Positions 48,300-59,638 of a stretch of 64,000 nucleotides of DNA are shown one piece after another; within the stretch, counting starts at the first letter, position 1, and the number at the start of each line of letters is the position of its first letter. The DNA comes from Armatimonadota bacterium (lineage in GTDB: Bacteria; Armatimonadota; SYMT01): assembly GCA_041690135.1 (NCBI GenBank), contig JAWLHY010000002.1:1072342-1136341 (forward strand), read 5' to 3'. A program made the position numbers and the translations under genes. The notes beneath the pieces are model-generated. The model was not told the DNA's origin, made no database searches, and worked only from the letters and a program-made list of their open reading frames with translations.

Positions 48300-48572
48300 A
48301 TGACGGAACACACGATGGATGAGGAGTTTGAAGGCGTTGTAACGGACACAGGCGAGGTGCGGACACTAGGGCGAGATGCCGCCGGCACCCAGCCGCAGAG
48401 CGGCGTTTCGCAGGGTACCCTGGGTCATGACACCGTTGGAGTCACTCCGACGGGAGAAGTGGGTCAGGGCTCGGCCAATGGGGACCTCTCCGGAGGCGCG
48501 CCGGTTGGCATTGAGGATACCGGCTCCACCGCCGGCCGCGAATCCGTCCGAGGTGCGGCCGGTCAGGAATAG
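48300..48572 (+). CDS. Small acidic Gly-rich hypothetical protein
   Basis: Low-complexity ORF; start ambiguous (48282, 48300 or 48315). Confidence 0.5.
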   Translation: MTEHTMDEEFEGVVTDTGEVRTLGRDAAGTQPQSGVSQGTLGHDTVGVTPTGEVGQGSANGDLSGGAPVGIEDTGSTAGRESVRGAAGQE

Positions 48573-48576
48573 ATCA

Positions 48577-49236
48577 TTACAGGTGCTTCTGGAACCAGTC
48601 GCGGGTGAGGCGGGCAACCTCTTCCAGGGTGCCGGGCTCCTCAAACAGGTGGGTCGCTCCGGGCACGAGCACCATCTCTTTTTCGCAGCGGAGTTGGGCC
48701 AGCGCCTCTTCGTTCATCTCGATTACCGGGTGGTCGAGGCTCCCGACGATGAGCAGGGTCGGGACGGTGACCCGCGCCAGGGCCGGACCCGCGAGGTCCG
48801 GTCGGCCTCCGCGAGAGACCACGGCTCCCACCTGGGTCGAGCTAGCCGCCGCCGCGACCAGGGCGGCGCCACCGCCAGTGCTGGCGCCGAAGTAGCCCAC
48901 TTTCAGGTCCTGCGACTCCGGCTGGAGCCGCAGCCATTCCTTCGCCCCCACGAGGCGTTCGGCGAGCATGTCGATATCGAAGCGAAGGTGCCGGGTCCGG
49001 AGATCGACCGCCTCTTCCTGCGGGGTGAGGAGATCGATCAACAGGGTCCCCAGGCCGCCTTCCTGGAGTGCTTTCGCCACGAAGCGGTTCCGGCTGCTGT
49101 GGCGGCTGCTGCCGCTGCCGTGAGCGAAGAGAACAACGCCGCGGGCGTCTGCGGGAACAACGAGGTTTCCGTCTAGAACCACGGGCCCGGCGTTGACACG
49201 GACCTCTCGTTCCTGCTGGCTGGTGGATGTGCGCAT
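48577..49236 (-). CDS. Dienelactone-hydrolase-like alpha/beta hydrolase
   Basis: FAHGSGSSRHSSRN, GYFGASTG, VSRGGRPDL, GATHLFEE. Confidence 0.9.
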   Translation of the reverse strand: MRTSTSQQEREVRVNAGPVVLDGNLVVPADARGVVLFAHGSGSSRHSSRNRFVAKALQEGGLGTLLIDLLTPQEEAVDLRTRHLRFDIDMLAERLVGAKEWLRLQPESQDLKVGYFGASTGGGAALVAAAASSTQVGAVVSRGGRPDLAGPALARVTVPTLLIVGSLDHPVIEMNEEALAQLRCEKEMVLVPGATHLFEEPGTLEEVARLTRDWFQKHL

Positions 49237-49566
49237 CGGTGTGATCCTCCCAGGCCCATGGTGCCCATTCGGCACGTCAGCTACACGCGGAGTGGGACGA
49301 TCCGCCGAGTGGGGCGATCCGCGAATTGCGCGAATAAGGCGAATGGGAGAGACGAGGTGGGGGAGGGAGAGTGGAGGGGAGGGAGAGTGGAGGGGAGGGT
49401 GGAAGCGTGCGGGACTCGCCGGACATTGGGACACTTTGCGGCAATGGGAAGTCGGCTTGCGTGTACGGTGAGCGGGCATCATCCTGATCGGGGACGGCGA
49501 CTGGGTGATACCGCATTATCCCTCCCGGCTGCTTTGGCGGGCGAGACGCCCGCCCCACTTCCGCCG

Positions 49567-49750
49567 GCTACCGGGGTACATTCCGGGTGCGAAGGCATGG
49601 TGCTGGTCGGGGACAGCCCTCTGCTCCGCCGGGTGTATGACACCGACCCTACCGCTACCCCCATTGCTACCGGTTTGCGTTCCGGGTGCGGGGGCACGAT
49701 TCTGGTTGGGGATAGCCTATGCCCTGCAGAGTGTACTCCACCGCGTGTAC
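49567..49750 (+). repeat. Degenerate 99-bp tandem duplication
   Basis: GCTACCGG...TTCCGGGTGCG...CTGGTYGGGGAYAGCC recurs with cores at 49581 and 49680. Confidence 0.6.
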
Positions 49751-50010
49751 GCCCCGACCCTCCCCACGCACTTGCGGGATTCGGGTAGGTGTGAGGGTTA
49801 CCGCGTATTCGGGGCCGCACGGCTACCGCACCTGTCGGCCCACCGTGAAGCCAGCATGGAGGCTTTAGGGGAATGGTCGCAGTCCCTTCCCTAGAGTGTG
49901 GTTTCGCACCTGTCGGCCAACCGTGCAGTGCCTCTGGTTGGCCTGCGGGACGGCGAGCCTGGGTGCGGAGCGGGTGTTTGTTAATGGGCGCTTTAGTAGC
50001 GAGCGGCTCA

Positions 50011-50967
50011 CTAGGTCACGGCGCCGAGGTGGGCGCCCCAGCGATTGGCGAGGCGGCGGCCGGTCGTGCCCAAAGCCTGCTTCTCTTGATCGGTGAGGGG
50101 CTGGAAGCGGCGGGCGCGGGCGACGTTCTGGTGCAGCTCCTCGCGGGTGGCCATCCCGATGACGGCGAGGGAGACGTGGGGGACGGAGAGCGCGTACCGG
50201 AAGGCGGAGTCCAGGTGTTCGCGCGGCATCTTGGAGTTGCTCATGCTCTTGTCGGAGTAGACCATGCCCCCGAATACCTTCATCGCGACGAGCCCGACCT
50301 GCTGCTTCGCCGCCACCGGCCACACCTTTTGCTCGAAGCCGTAGGTGTGACGATCGACGAAGTTGACCGCACACATGATCACGTCGAGATCGAAGTCCTG
50401 CAGCACGCGGAGGAACTTGTGCGGACGGTGGTGGCCGGTGACGCCAATGAAGCGGGTGAGACCCTCGCGCTTCGCCTTGATGAGGGCAGGGAGAATGCCG
50501 TTCTTGCTGGCGACGGTCCGTAGGTCGAGGTCTCCCAGGGAGTGGACATAGACCAGGTCGGCGTGGTCGGTCTTGAGCTCCTTAAGGTTGCGCTCCAGCA
50601 TGCGGAGGGCAGCGTCACCCCGGGCCTCGTGGCACTTGGTGGCCAGGAATAGATCCTTGCGGCGGGAGCGGATCACCTGACCGAGCTGCGCCTGAGCGCG
50701 GCCGTACCCGGTGTGGGTGGGGGCCGTATCGAAGTAGTTGACGCCGAGATCGATCGCCTCGTGGTAGAGGTCCGCCCCGATCTGCAGGCTCCGGCGGATG
50801 CCGGCGGGCGCCGTTCCGAAGCCAAGGATGGGCACCTTCACGCCGGTCCGGCCCAGGGTGCGCTGGGGGATGGGCGCCTTCTCGGACGCTTCCAATGCGT
50901 CTTCGCTGCCCAGCACCAGGGCGCCGGTGGCTGCCAGAAACTCCCGGCGGTTCAGGGATCGCTCCAT
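50011..50967 (-). CDS. Tat-exported aldo/keto reductase
   Basis: NRREFL twin-Arg, RTLGRTG, YFDTA...Y, LATK, IGVTGH, VAMK. Confidence 0.9.
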   Translation of the reverse strand: MERSLNRREFLAATGALVLGSEDALEASEKAPIPQRTLGRTGVKVPILGFGTAPAGIRRSLQIGADLYHEAIDLGVNYFDTAPTHTGYGRAQAQLGQVIRSRRKDLFLATKCHEARGDAALRMLERNLKELKTDHADLVYVHSLGDLDLRTVASKNGILPALIKAKREGLTRFIGVTGHHRPHKFLRVLQDFDLDVIMCAVNFVDRHTYGFEQKVWPVAAKQQVGLVAMKVFGGMVYSDKSMSNSKMPREHLDSAFRYALSVPHVSLAVIGMATREELHQNVARARRFQPLTDQEKQALGTTGRRLANRWGAHLGAVT

Positions 50968-51056
50968 TGGTCGTTCTCCAGGCTCTCGCTTACTCAAGCT
51001 GAGCTTCCCCGGCGCGAGTACCCTGAAACATCGGATCTGTGGGCTACCCCATGAAG

Positions 51057-51091
51057 AACGGGCAATCCGTGCGGTTCACGGATTGCCCGTT
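51057..51091 (-). terminator. Perfect 15-bp stem hairpin after the phosphoribosyltransferase gene
   Basis: AACGGGCAATCCGTG-cggtt-CACGGATTGCCCGTT. Confidence 0.7.
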
Positions 51092-51107
51092 GGCTATTGA
51101 GCCTGGA

Positions 51108-51764
51108 TCATGCCGCCGCCCGGAACCGGGGCGGGTGCGACTGCTCCAGCAGGTGGCGCACCTCCTCGTCCGTGGTCTGGGTGAAGTCTTCGTACCACTG
51201 CCCCACGCCGAAGAACGGCTCAGGGGTGGACCCGCAGACGACTTCATCCGCTTCGCTCCGCAGCGTGCCGCAGGTGGAAGCGGCTCCCACCGGGACCGCA
51301 ACCACAATCCGCGCCGGCTGCTGCTGGCGGATGGCCGCCACGGCGGCCCGCATGGTCGAACCGGTAGCCAGACCGTCGTCGATCAGGATGACCCTCTTGC
51401 CGCGCACCTGGGGCGCCGGGCGGTCTCCGCGGTAGGCCCGTTCCCGGCGCTCCAACTCCGCCTTTTCCCGTTCCGTGGCGGCCTCAATGGCCGCCGGAGT
51501 CACGTACGGGGCGACCTGTTCGTTCAGCACGCGCACGCCGCCGCTGGCGATGGCCCCCATGGCCAACTCTTCCTGCCCGGGCACCCCCAGCTTGCGCACG
51601 AGGAAAATGTCCAGGGGGGCGTCCAGCGCCTCCGCCACCTCGAAGGCGACCGGAACGCCGCCGCGGGGAAGCGCCAGTACCACCACGTCGTCGCGGCCGG
51701 CATGCTGCTGCAACCGCGCGGCCAGCGCGCGTCCCGCATCTCGCCGGTCCTTGTAGATCATCAC
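51108..51764 (-). CDS. Phosphoribosyltransferase family protein
   Basis: [29 protein letters not shown] loop [12 protein letters not shown]. Confidence 0.92.
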   Translation of the reverse strand: MMIYKDRRDAGRALAARLQQHAGRDDVVVLALPRGGVPVAFEVAEALDAPLDIFLVRKLGVPGQEELAMGAIASGGVRVLNEQVAPYVTPAAIEAATEREKAELERRERAYRGDRPAPQVRGKRVILIDDGLATGSTMRAAVAAIRQQQPARIVVAVPVGAASTCGTLRSEADEVVCGSTPEPFFGVGQWYEDFTQTTDEEVRHLLEQSHPPRFRAAA

Positions 51765-51781
51765 TTCCTCCCGTCAGGCCG

Positions 51782-52609
51782 TCAGGCGGCGATCCGGTCA
51801 TACAGCACGTCGCCCATCGGCGAGGTGTGGGACCGATCGTCCTCTTCCCATTCCCCCTGAATCTCCGTGAAGCCGGAGGTTTCATGGCTGGGCGCTTCCT
51901 GGCGGGAGCGGACTCCCTGGCTCATCTGCCGAATCTGCTCGCCACCGCTGCGGCCCATCTCCGCCAGCGGACGGTTTGCCGCCGCTCGCGCGAGGATGCC
52001 GGCGCCGGTGAGTCCCATGGCCGCGCCCGCGGTATCCATACGCTTCAGGCCGTAGGCCGTCATGGCGCCGCCGATGGCGCCCATCAGCAGGCGCGTGGCC
52101 GGCGGCCAGTTGCTTCGCAGCATTCCATACCGCATCGGCCGGGTCGAGCCGCCCTGCAGGGACGGGTGGTCGCCTGCATCCTGGAAGATATCCATATGGT
52201 TACCGACGCTCCTCACGCCCCGCACGTGGGAGACGGTGGAGATCAGGTGGTCCACTTCGTTCGCCAGGACCGGTCCTCGCAGGATGATGTGGCCGTTCCG
52301 GCACTCCACGTCGATGGCGCGGGGGTGCGAGACCGCCCGTCCCATCGCGGAGCGGACCCGTTCGATCAACACTTCGTCGCCGACGTGCTCTCGCTTCAGG
52401 CGTCCCTTCGTCTCCGCTACCATCCCCCGGGCCCGGTTGCGCAGGTCCTGGGTGGCGGTGTCCAATCCATCACTGGCCACGTGGCCGACATGGATCGCCT
52501 GGTCCCGGATCTTGGCGCGTCGTCGCCGGCCCTGGTCCGGGTCCAGCAAATAGGTGAGACCGCCGCCGAGGCCGAGGCCGCCCAGGAACAATCCAATTTC
52601 CCGTTTCAT
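51782..52609 (-). CDS. BON domain membrane protein
   Basis: YLLDPDQGRRRR N-terminus; BON-like RVRSAMGR...ILRGPV...VRGVRSV. Confidence 0.82.
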   Translation of the reverse strand: MKREIGLFLGGLGLGGGLTYLLDPDQGRRRRAKIRDQAIHVGHVASDGLDTATQDLRNRARGMVAETKGRLKREHVGDEVLIERVRSAMGRAVSHPRAIDVECRNGHIILRGPVLANEVDHLISTVSHVRGVRSVGNHMDIFQDAGDHPSLQGGSTRPMRYGMLRSNWPPATRLLMGAIGGAMTAYGLKRMDTAGAAMGLTGAGILARAAANRPLAEMGRSGGEQIRQMSQGVRSRQEAPSHETSGFTEIQGEWEEDDRSHTSPMGDVLYDRIAA

Positions 52610-52636
52610 TCTTCCCCTCCTACATCTCGTTTTCTC

Positions 52637-52951
52637 CTAGCGGGCACCCACGAGCGGTCGCAGGTCGCGCTCCAGCTCATTGGCCGCCCACTGTCCCTCT
52701 TCCAATAGTCGATCGATATCGGACCCCTCCGGATCCCGCTCAATCCGCTGCAGTGCCTCGCGCATCTGGCTGAGCCATCCGTGCTGATCCGCCTCATCCG
52801 GCCGGGTGACCATCGACCAGGGGGCGGTCGCCAGCTCCTGCAAAGCCCCATGGGCTATCGTGGCCCGATCCTCACCCTGCGCGCCGCGTATGCGGCGAAA
52901 CGCCTGCTGCGCCGCATCCAGCGCCTGGAGAACCTGTGCGCTCGCGTTCAT
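52637..52951 (-). CDS. Hypothetical protein
   Basis: RBS AAGGAGG + ATG, helical 104-aa ORF in a co-oriented run. Confidence 0.7.
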   Translation of the reverse strand: MNASAQVLQALDAAQQAFRRIRGAQGEDRATIAHGALQELATAPWSMVTRPDEADQHGWLSQMREALQRIERDPEGSDIDRLLEEGQWAANELERDLRPLVGAR

Positions 52952-53029
52952 CTGTCGCCCTCCTTTGCTCTAAGCCCACCCTTACCCCGGGAGGCGCCGA
53001 CCCACGCCGGGCCGGCGCCCCATTGGGGA

Positions 53030-53260
53030 TCAAGCAGCCCGGGCGACCACCGCGCTTGATGCCTCTTCCGCCTCTTCCGTCGTGTCTTCCATATCGACGT
53101 ACTGGTTGCCCAGCCGCGACTCCACGTTCCGGATCTGGCGGTAGTAATCGAGGATCAGGTCCTCCGCGCTGGTGCTGGCGGAATGCGAGCTGCTCAGGTA
53201 GGAACAGGTCAACTGGACCGCCAGCTCCATGGCGTCGTCGTGGTCGATGTGCTTGGCCAT
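53030..53260 (-). CDS. Small hypothetical protein
   Basis: RBS GAGGAG + ATG, 76 aa, co-oriented with neighbours. Confidence 0.7.
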   Translation of the reverse strand: MAKHIDHDDAMELAVQLTCSYLSSSHSASTSAEDLILDYYRQIRNVESRLGNQYVDMEDTTEEAEEASSAVVARAA

Positions 53261-53423
53261 TCGATCGCTCCTCTCGTTCTTCTCAACCGTTGTTGCCAGG
53301 TGGTTCCGTCACTACCGGACGCGCAAGGACCGAGCCCATTGCGTCCAGTGACGCCGTGCGGCGCCCTCCCCCTTTTCCCAGGAGGGCGCCGCACGGAACC
53401 TGTAATCGACGAGGAACCGAAAT

Positions 53424-54320
53424 TCAGCGGTAAAGCTCTTCGAGTTCCGTGAGGGTGCGGGGCCAGTCCTTGCCCAGCAGGCGTGAGAGCCCACGGTCCG
53501 CCAAGAGCCGGCCCTCGTTCTGGCAGGTGGGGCAGTAATTGCACTCGTTCTCGGAGTAGACGATGCGCTGAACCGGAGAGCCGCAGTCCGGGCAGGGAAG
53601 ACCGTACCGGCCGTGGACCGCCATTTCCGGGCGGAAGGCGGTGACCTTCTCCGGAAAACCATCTCCGTTCTCCCGCATCAGGCGTTCGGTCCAGTCGCGC
53701 AGCACTCCCCGGACGGCGCTGAAGAGGCGCTCGATCTCCTCGTCCGTCAGGCGCGAAGTCCAGCGCACCGGGGAGAGGCGGGCACAGTGGAGAATCTCAT
53801 CCGAGAAGGAGTTACCGATCCCGGAGAAGAGACGGGGATCGGTGAGCGAGCGCTTTAGCGTGTGGTTCTCCCCCAGCAGCGTTTCCCGAAACTGGTCGAA
53901 GGTGGCGGTCATTACTTCGAGTCCCCCGGGGTTCAGGTTCTGGAGGGCCTGTTCACCGCGGACGAGATGGAGCGCGGCGCGTCGCTTGGAGCCGGCCTCC
54001 GTCAGGGTGAGCGTGCCCTCCGTGAAGTCAAAGGCAGCCAGAGACTGTTTGCCGGCCAGCCGAACCCCCGGAGACTTCCAGTGCAGCCTTCCGGCAATCA
54101 TCAGGTGCAGGACCGCGAATAGATCGTCTTCCAGGACGAACACGATCCGCTTCCCGATCCGTTGCAGGTCCCGCACCGCCTTACCGGCGACTTCCCCGGG
54201 AGCCGGTGAGACGGTCCGCAGCAGGAAAGGGTTCGCCAGGCGGATCCCCTCCAGCTTTCGCCCGGCGGTTCGTGACCGGAGCGCCGCGATGTACGTTTCT
54301 ATATCGGGAAGTTCGGGCAT
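53424..54320 (-). CDS. Fpg/Nei family DNA glycosylase
   Basis: N-terminal PELP, HLMIAG, H2TH SGIGNSFSDEIL, C-terminal Zn finger CPDC...CPTCQ. Confidence 0.92.
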   Translation of the reverse strand: MPELPDIETYIAALRSRTAGRKLEGIRLANPFLLRTVSPAPGEVAGKAVRDLQRIGKRIVFVLEDDLFAVLHLMIAGRLHWKSPGVRLAGKQSLAAFDFTEGTLTLTEAGSKRRAALHLVRGEQALQNLNPGGLEVMTATFDQFRETLLGENHTLKRSLTDPRLFSGIGNSFSDEILHCARLSPVRWTSRLTDEEIERLFSAVRGVLRDWTERLMRENGDGFPEKVTAFRPEMAVHGRYGLPCPDCGSPVQRIVYSENECNYCPTCQNEGRLLADRGLSRLLGKDWPRTLTELEELYR

Positions 54321-54377
54321 TTTGGGCGTAAACAACGGGCTGCGCGAAATGACGGCCCATTACTCGAGAACCAGGCA

Positions 54378-54647
54378 ATGATACAGGATGAGGAATGCAT
54401 CGCCATACCTCGCGTGGAGATGGCGTACCTGGCGGACACGATCGTGGACGCATTGGAGCAGGCCCGATCCGGCGATCCGGGGACGGGTTACCTGCGGTTG
54501 GTTACCGGTCTGAACCGGGCGCGGTTGGCGGACCGTCTCGGGGTGGGCTGGGCCCGGGAGTTGGTCCAGCACTACGAACGCGCACTCCGCCGCTTCACCG
54601 AGCAGCAGTTGGCGGGAAACACCTGGTACCCCTGGGGGGACGCGTGA
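54378..54647 (+). CDS. Small hypothetical protein
   Basis: 89-aa helical ORF filling the intergenic gap. Confidence 0.55.
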   Translation: MIQDEECIAIPRVEMAYLADTIVDALEQARSGDPGTGYLRLVTGLNRARLADRLGVGWARELVQHYERALRRFTEQQLAGNTWYPWGDA

Positions 54648-54736
54648 CGACGCTGTTCGGTTGAGGCGTAGTTGCGGCCCTGTAGCAATTTCGGCTGCGG
54701 GATCGCGGACGGGACTGGAGAACGGTAACATTACGG

Positions 54737-54775
54737 GTAGGGGCACCCGGCAAGATTGTAAGTCGCTGCCCCTAC
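54737..54775. repeat. GTAG-family REP-like palindrome
   Basis: GTAGGGGCA-N21-TGCCCCTAC; a related half (GCTGCCCCTAC) near 5606-5616. Confidence 0.55.
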
Positions 54776-54804
54776 TGATCCCATTCCTGCGACGGGAATC
54801 CGCC

Positions 54805-55560
54805 ATGGCATTCTTCACCCTTCTCCCTCACCCTGTTCCTCGCGGCAGTCACGCCCCTCGGCTTCCGATCCCGAATCCTCATCTTCATCCTAATCGGCGT
54901 AGTCGGGGCTTCACACTGATCGAGCTCCTCGTGGTGATAGCGATCATCGCCATCCTCGCCGCCATCCTGTTTCCGGTGTTCGCCCAGGCGCGGGAGAAGG
55001 CACGGCAAATCTCCTGTGCGAGCAACCTGCGGAACCTGGGCACGGCGGTTCTCATGTACACGCAGGATTATGATGAGGTGCTGCCGCTCGCGGCCTACGC
55101 CACCGCCGGCTTCGACTTCCTGACCTGGCACGATCTGACGGACCCCTACGCCAAGAACCAGCAGATTTGGCATTGCCCGAGCAGCCAGGTGAAGAAGACG
55201 GACGCGAACGGACGTATCACGACGCAGTTCGGTTATAACGTGCGGTACCTCACCAATATTGCGATGGACTTCAGCAACGCCAACGGCCACACGGCGGTGT
55301 CGCTGGCGGCCGTCCAGGCTCCCGTCGAGACGGTGATGTTGGCGGATGCCCGGTCCAGCATGACGGGGAGCTGGTGCGGTGACGACGGCAAGTTCCTGCT
55401 GCCGCCCTCTCACCCGGCCACACACTGCTGGGGCCACCCCTCGCTCCATCACAGCACGGGCTCCAATGTGCTCTGGTTGGACGGGCACGTGAAGTGGCAC
55501 AAGGACGGGCAGTTCTATTCCGGTCAGAACCCGGTCGACCGCACTTTCGATCTTCAGTAG
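54805..55560 (+). CDS. Prepilin-type DUF1559 protein with H-X9-DG motif
   Basis: G|[32 protein letters not shown]. Confidence 0.92.
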   Translation: MAFFTLLPHPVPRGSHAPRLPIPNPHLHPNRRSRGFTLIELLVVIAIIAILAAILFPVFAQAREKARQISCASNLRNLGTAVLMYTQDYDEVLPLAAYATAGFDFLTWHDLTDPYAKNQQIWHCPSSQVKKTDANGRITTQFGYNVRYLTNIAMDFSNANGHTAVSLAAVQAPVETVMLADARSSMTGSWCGDDGKFLLPPSHPATHCWGHPSLHHSTGSNVLWLDGHVKWHKDGQFYSGQNPVDRTFDLQ

Positions 55561-55571
55561 GAGGGGCTGGA

Positions 55572-58500
55572 TTAGCCGTTCTGACTTACGAACTCCAGGA
55601 GAGCGTCGCGTACCCGCTGGACTTCAGCTTGCAGTTGGGGCAGCAGGTGTTTAGCTTCCGCGCAGCGATTCTCGCGGCCGAGGTTCTCCAGTTGCAGCGA
55701 AAGATGGGCGGTGGGGGTCGCGCCCAGGCTGGCCGCCGCCCCCTTCAGGCTGTGCGCCGTGCGGTAAAGCATTTCCGCATCGCCATCCTGGATGGCTATT
55801 TCAAGTAGGCGCATTTGTTCCGGGTAGTCGGAGAAGAATGCGTCCACCAGGTCGGCAAGCAGCTCCATGTCGTGCTCGACGTTGCCGAGCATGGTCTCTT
55901 TATCGACCGGCGGCTGATCCAGCCGATGTGCAGCCGCGGGCGAGGGTTCGTCTGGCAGGAGCTCCCGTACGGTCGCGAAGAGCTCATCGGCGCGGATTGG
56001 CTTGGAGACGTAGCCATCCATTCCCGCGGCGAGGCACCGCTCGCGGTCGCCCTTCATGGCGTGGGCGGTGAGGGCCACGATGGGTATCCGGCGTCCGGTG
56101 CCCCGTTGCAACTCGCGGATGGCGGCGGTGGCCTCGAGGCCGTTCATCTCGGGCATCTGGACGTCCATCAGCACCAGATCGAAAGCACCCGTTCCCTCCA
56201 GCTCCAGGACGCGAACGGCTTCCCGACCGTTGTTGACCAGAACCACCGAGTGACCTCGCCGCTCCAACAGGCGCAAGGCCAGACGCTGGTTGACGGCATT
56301 GTCCTCCGCCAGGAGGATCCGCAAGGAAGGTTCCCGGACCACCGCAGTAGCGACGACCGAAGGCGGCGCGGGTTCCGGATCCGGGGCGTTTCCCGGGCGG
56401 ATGCCGGACGCGTGCTGACTCATGGCATTGACGATGGCATTCATCAGCTCCGACTGCTTGACCGGCTTGACCAGGTACTGGTAAACGCCCAGCTCGCGGC
56501 AGCGGGTGGCGTCCCCGTGGCGCCCGGCGGACGAAAGCATCATCACGGTGGCCCCCGCGAGATCCGGCTGCGTCTTGATGCACTCCGCCAGCTCGAACCC
56601 ATCCATGTCCGGCATCATGGCATCGAGCAGCACCAGGGAGTAGGGCTCCCCGAGGTTGCTGGCCTGGCGGAGGGCCGCGATGGCCGCCGGCCCTCCTTCG
56701 ACCACCGTGGGGGACATGCCCCAGTTACGCAGCATGTCCTGAAGGATACGACGGTTGGTGGCGTTGTCATCGACCACGAGGACCGGCAGCGCCCGGAGCT
56801 CCACGGCCTGCGAAACCGCAGGAACGGGAAGGGATGCGGACCGTACGCCGAAGCGCCCGACGAAGTGGAAGGTGCTTCCCCGTCCCTCCTCGCTTTCCGC
56901 CCAGATCCGGCCGCGCATCATCTCCGCCAACTGCCGGCAGATGGCGAGCCCGAGCCCGGTGCCCCCGTAGCGGCGGGTGGTGGAACTATCCGCCTGGGCG
57001 AACGCCCCGAAGACCAGGGGTAGTTTGTCCGCCGGAATGCCGATTCCGGTGTCGCGTACGGAGATGCGCAGGCCGACTTCCTCTTCCGACTGCCACTCCC
57101 GGGTCGCGTGGACCACCACTTCGCCCTGCTCCGTGAACTTTACGGCATTGCCGACGAGGTTGATGAGGATCTGTCGCAGGCGTCCTTCGTCGCCAATGAG
57201 GGCATCCGGAACGTCGGCTTCCACATGGCAGGCAAGCTCCAGTCCCCGTTCGTGCGCTGCCAGGGACAGAGCGCCGACCGCATCCGCCAGGCTATCGCGC
57301 AGTTCGAAGTCGCGCGGCTCCAGGTCGAGTTTTCCGGCCTCGATTTTGGAGAAGTCCAGGATATCGTTAATGACCCGGAGCAGACTGTCCGCCGACGATT
57401 TTACCATTGAGAGATACTCGTGCTGCTCGGGCGTGAGCGCCGTCTCCAGCGCCAGTTCGGTCATGCCGATGATGCCGTTCATCGGGGTCCGGATCTCGTG
57501 ACTCATGTTGGCCAGGAACTCGCTCTTGGCACGGGCGGCGTCTTCGGCCCGGCTCTTGGCCATCTCCAACTCCTCGACCAAGTGCCGGAGGCGCTCCGTA
57601 TTCTCATCCTGGCGCCGGCGGGCGGACTCCAGGTCCTGCGCATAACGCTTGAGCGCTTCCTCGGATTGCTTCCGTTCCGTCACGTCCTCTACCATGCCGA
57701 TGGCGAACCGGGGTTGGCCCTGATTGTCTCGAACCAGGGAAACGGTGAGGTGAGCCCAGAGGGCGGTGCCGTCGCGGCGCAGATAGCGCTTCTCCAGAGC
57801 GTAGTGGTCGCGGCTTCCGGAGATCAGCTCACCATAGAGACGAACATCGGCGAGGAGGTCCTCGGGATGGGTGAAGTCACCGAAATGCTTCCCTTCCAGG
57901 CCTTCCCGGGAGTAGTCGAGCATGCGGAGCAGGGCAGGATTGGCACGGGTGACCCGCCCGTCGAGGCCGACCTGGGCGATCCCGATGGCCGTGCCTTCGA
58001 ACATCGCCCGGAAACGCGCTTCGCTGGAGCGGAGGGCTTCCTCGGCTTCTTTACGCTCGGTGATGTCTCGAAACACACTCAGCAGGAGAGGAGCCTGGTT
58101 CTCCAGTTCCAGAATGGTGTTCGAGTGCTCGAAACAGTGCTGGCGTCCGTCCCACAGGATCACCGGACTTTCAACTCGCGGCCCGAAATCGCGCTCAGTG
58201 AACCTCCGTCGGAAGGCCTCCAGGACATGATCGCGCCGTTCTTCGCGGTGGACGACGTCCAGGGTGCTGCCCTCCAACTCCTCGCGGGAAAGTCCCACCA
58301 TCGCGCAGAAGGCCTGGTTGACCATCACGATGGTGCCGTGCTCGTCGGTTAGACGCATGCCGTCGGAAGAGTTCTCCCACACCAGGCGGAAGAGACTCTC
58401 CGACTTCCGGAGCGCCTCCTCGGCCCGGACGCGCTCGGTGATATCGCGGCTGATACCCACGATGCCCACCGTGCAGCCGGTGTTGTCGCGCCAGGGAACC

Positions 58501-59342
58501 TTCGTGGCCGAGACCCAACGTTTGCTCCCGCCGAGGTTGATCCTTGGCTGTTCCTGATTGAGGATGGCGCTTCCGGTACTCAGGATCTTCCGCTCGTCGG
58601 CGCGATACCTCGCCGCGATCTCCGGCGCGAAGAAGTCCGCATCGGACTTACCCACCAGTTCATCCGGTGAGTCGACGCCCAGGGCCTGCGCATGCGCGCG
58701 GTTGTTGACGAGAAAGCGACTTTCGCAGTCCTTAACGTAGATGAAATCCGGGATGTTATCGATGAGGGTACGCAGCAAGTCGCGCTCGCGACCCAGTTCT
58801 TCCTGGGCCTTCTTGTGCGCGGTGATGTCCCGGAAAATGCCCTGTGTGCCGACGACCTCGCCGCGGGCGTTGAGCACGGGCGTCTTTTGAACCTGGACGT
58901 AGACGCGATCGCCGGTAGGGGTTTCGTGTTCCTCTACGTCCTCGAAGGGGATCCGCTGCCTCTGGACCTGCTCGTCGTCGCTCCGGTACTTTTCCGCCAG
59001 CTCCGCGGGGAAAAAGTCGTGGTCGGTCTTGCCGAGGATTTCGGGCAGCGGGCGTCGGAGCGCCTCGCAAAACTTGTGGTTCCCGAAGATGAACCGGCCG
59101 TGCAGATCCTTTCGATAGACTGCCAGGGGTAGGTGTTCCACCAGCGACTGGTAGAGGGCCTCGGAATCGCGGAGAGCGCTCTCGGCCCGCTCCCGCTCGG
59201 CGACTTCCGCCTGGAGCGCGGCGTTGGCTGCCGCAAGCGCCGCAGTCCGCTCTACGACCCGCGCTTCCAATTCCTGGTGCGCGCGCCGCAGAGCCTCATC
59301 ACTCCCGTTGGACCGCGTTCCGGGCGTCTCCCCGACTTCCAT
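55572..59342 (-). CDS. Cytoplasmic hybrid sensor kinase (4 PAS-HisKA-HATPase-2 REC-HPt)
   Basis: Four PAS/PAC units, [14 protein letters not shown] boxes, two receiver domains, AHSLKG HPt; no TM; start uncertain. Confidence 0.93.
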   Translation of the reverse strand: MEVGETPGTRSNGSDEALRRAHQELEARVVERTAALAAANAALQAEVAERERAESALRDSEALYQSLVEHLPLAVYRKDLHGRFIFGNHKFCEALRRPLPEILGKTDHDFFPAELAEKYRSDDEQVQRQRIPFEDVEEHETPTGDRVYVQVQKTPVLNARGEVVGTQGIFRDITAHKKAQEELGRERDLLRTLIDNIPDFIYVKDCESRFLVNNRAHAQALGVDSPDELVGKSDADFFAPEIAARYRADERKILSTGSAILNQEQPRINLGGSKRWVSATKVPWRDNTGCTVGIVGISRDITERVRAEEALRKSESLFRLVWENSSDGMRLTDEHGTIVMVNQAFCAMVGLSREELEGSTLDVVHREERRDHVLEAFRRRFTERDFGPRVESPVILWDGRQHCFEHSNTILELENQAPLLLSVFRDITERKEAEEALRSSEARFRAMFEGTAIGIAQVGLDGRVTRANPALLRMLDYSREGLEGKHFGDFTHPEDLLADVRLYGELISGSRDHYALEKRYLRRDGTALWAHLTVSLVRDNQGQPRFAIGMVEDVTERKQSEEALKRYAQDLESARRRQDENTERLRHLVEELEMAKSRAEDAARAKSEFLANMSHEIRTPMNGIIGMTELALETALTPEQHEYLSMVKSSADSLLRVINDILDFSKIEAGKLDLEPRDFELRDSLADAVGALSLAAHERGLELACHVEADVPDALIGDEGRLRQILINLVGNAVKFTEQGEVVVHATREWQSEEEVGLRISVRDTGIGIPADKLPLVFGAFAQADSSTTRRYGGTGLGLAICRQLAEMMRGRIWAESEEGRGSTFHFVGRFGVRSASLPVPAVSQAVELRALPVLVVDDNATNRRILQDMLRNWGMSPTVVEGGPAAIAALRQASNLGEPYSLVLLDAMMPDMDGFELAECIKTQPDLAGATVMMLSSAGRHGDATRCRELGVYQYLVKPVKQSELMNAIVNAMSQHASGIRPGNAPDPEPAPPSVVATAVVREPSLRILLAEDNAVNQRLALRLLERRGHSVVLVNNGREAVRVLELEGTGAFDLVLMDVQMPEMNGLEATAAIRELQRGTGRRIPIVALTAHAMKGDRERCLAAGMDGYVSKPIRADELFATVRELLPDEPSPAAAHRLDQPPVDKETMLGNVEHDMELLADLVDAFFSDYPEQMRLLEIAIQDGDAEMLYRTAHSLKGAAASLGATPTAHLSLQLENLGRENRCAEAKHLLPQLQAEVQRVRDALLEFVSQNG

Positions 59343-59560
59343 CCTTCGTGTTCCTCCTTCCATAGCCATCGGTTGTCTTAGCCCGACCTTAAAGGGCAAA
59401 TTCCCCGCAGTCCCAGGTGGGAGCGTGGTTCACGCCCGGAGGGGGTGGAAAGTTGCCCTGCTTGCTCTGCGAGATGCGACCGACTTACTTCGTGCGCGCC
59501 CGCAGAGGTTCGAGCCCTTCGGGTGCGGTTCTGCGACTGCCAAAAAAAGATTCTCATCGC

Positions 59561-59587
59561 TGTCGATTCTGTCGTCGGGCGTTCGAC
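59561..59587 (+). promoter_or_regulatory. ECF42-type promoter
   Basis: TGTCGA-N17-CGAC about 50 nt upstream of an operon with DGPF/YciI genes. Confidence 0.65.
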
Positions 59588-59638
59588 CAGGTGATGTAGG
59601 CAGATGCTCGCGGCGAACTTCGCCGGAAGGAGTGAGGA

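Noticed and set aside
49258-49788. 176-aa ORF with an internal repeat
   Set aside because: Made of intergenic short repeats and a degenerate 99-bp duplication; no protein-like signal.
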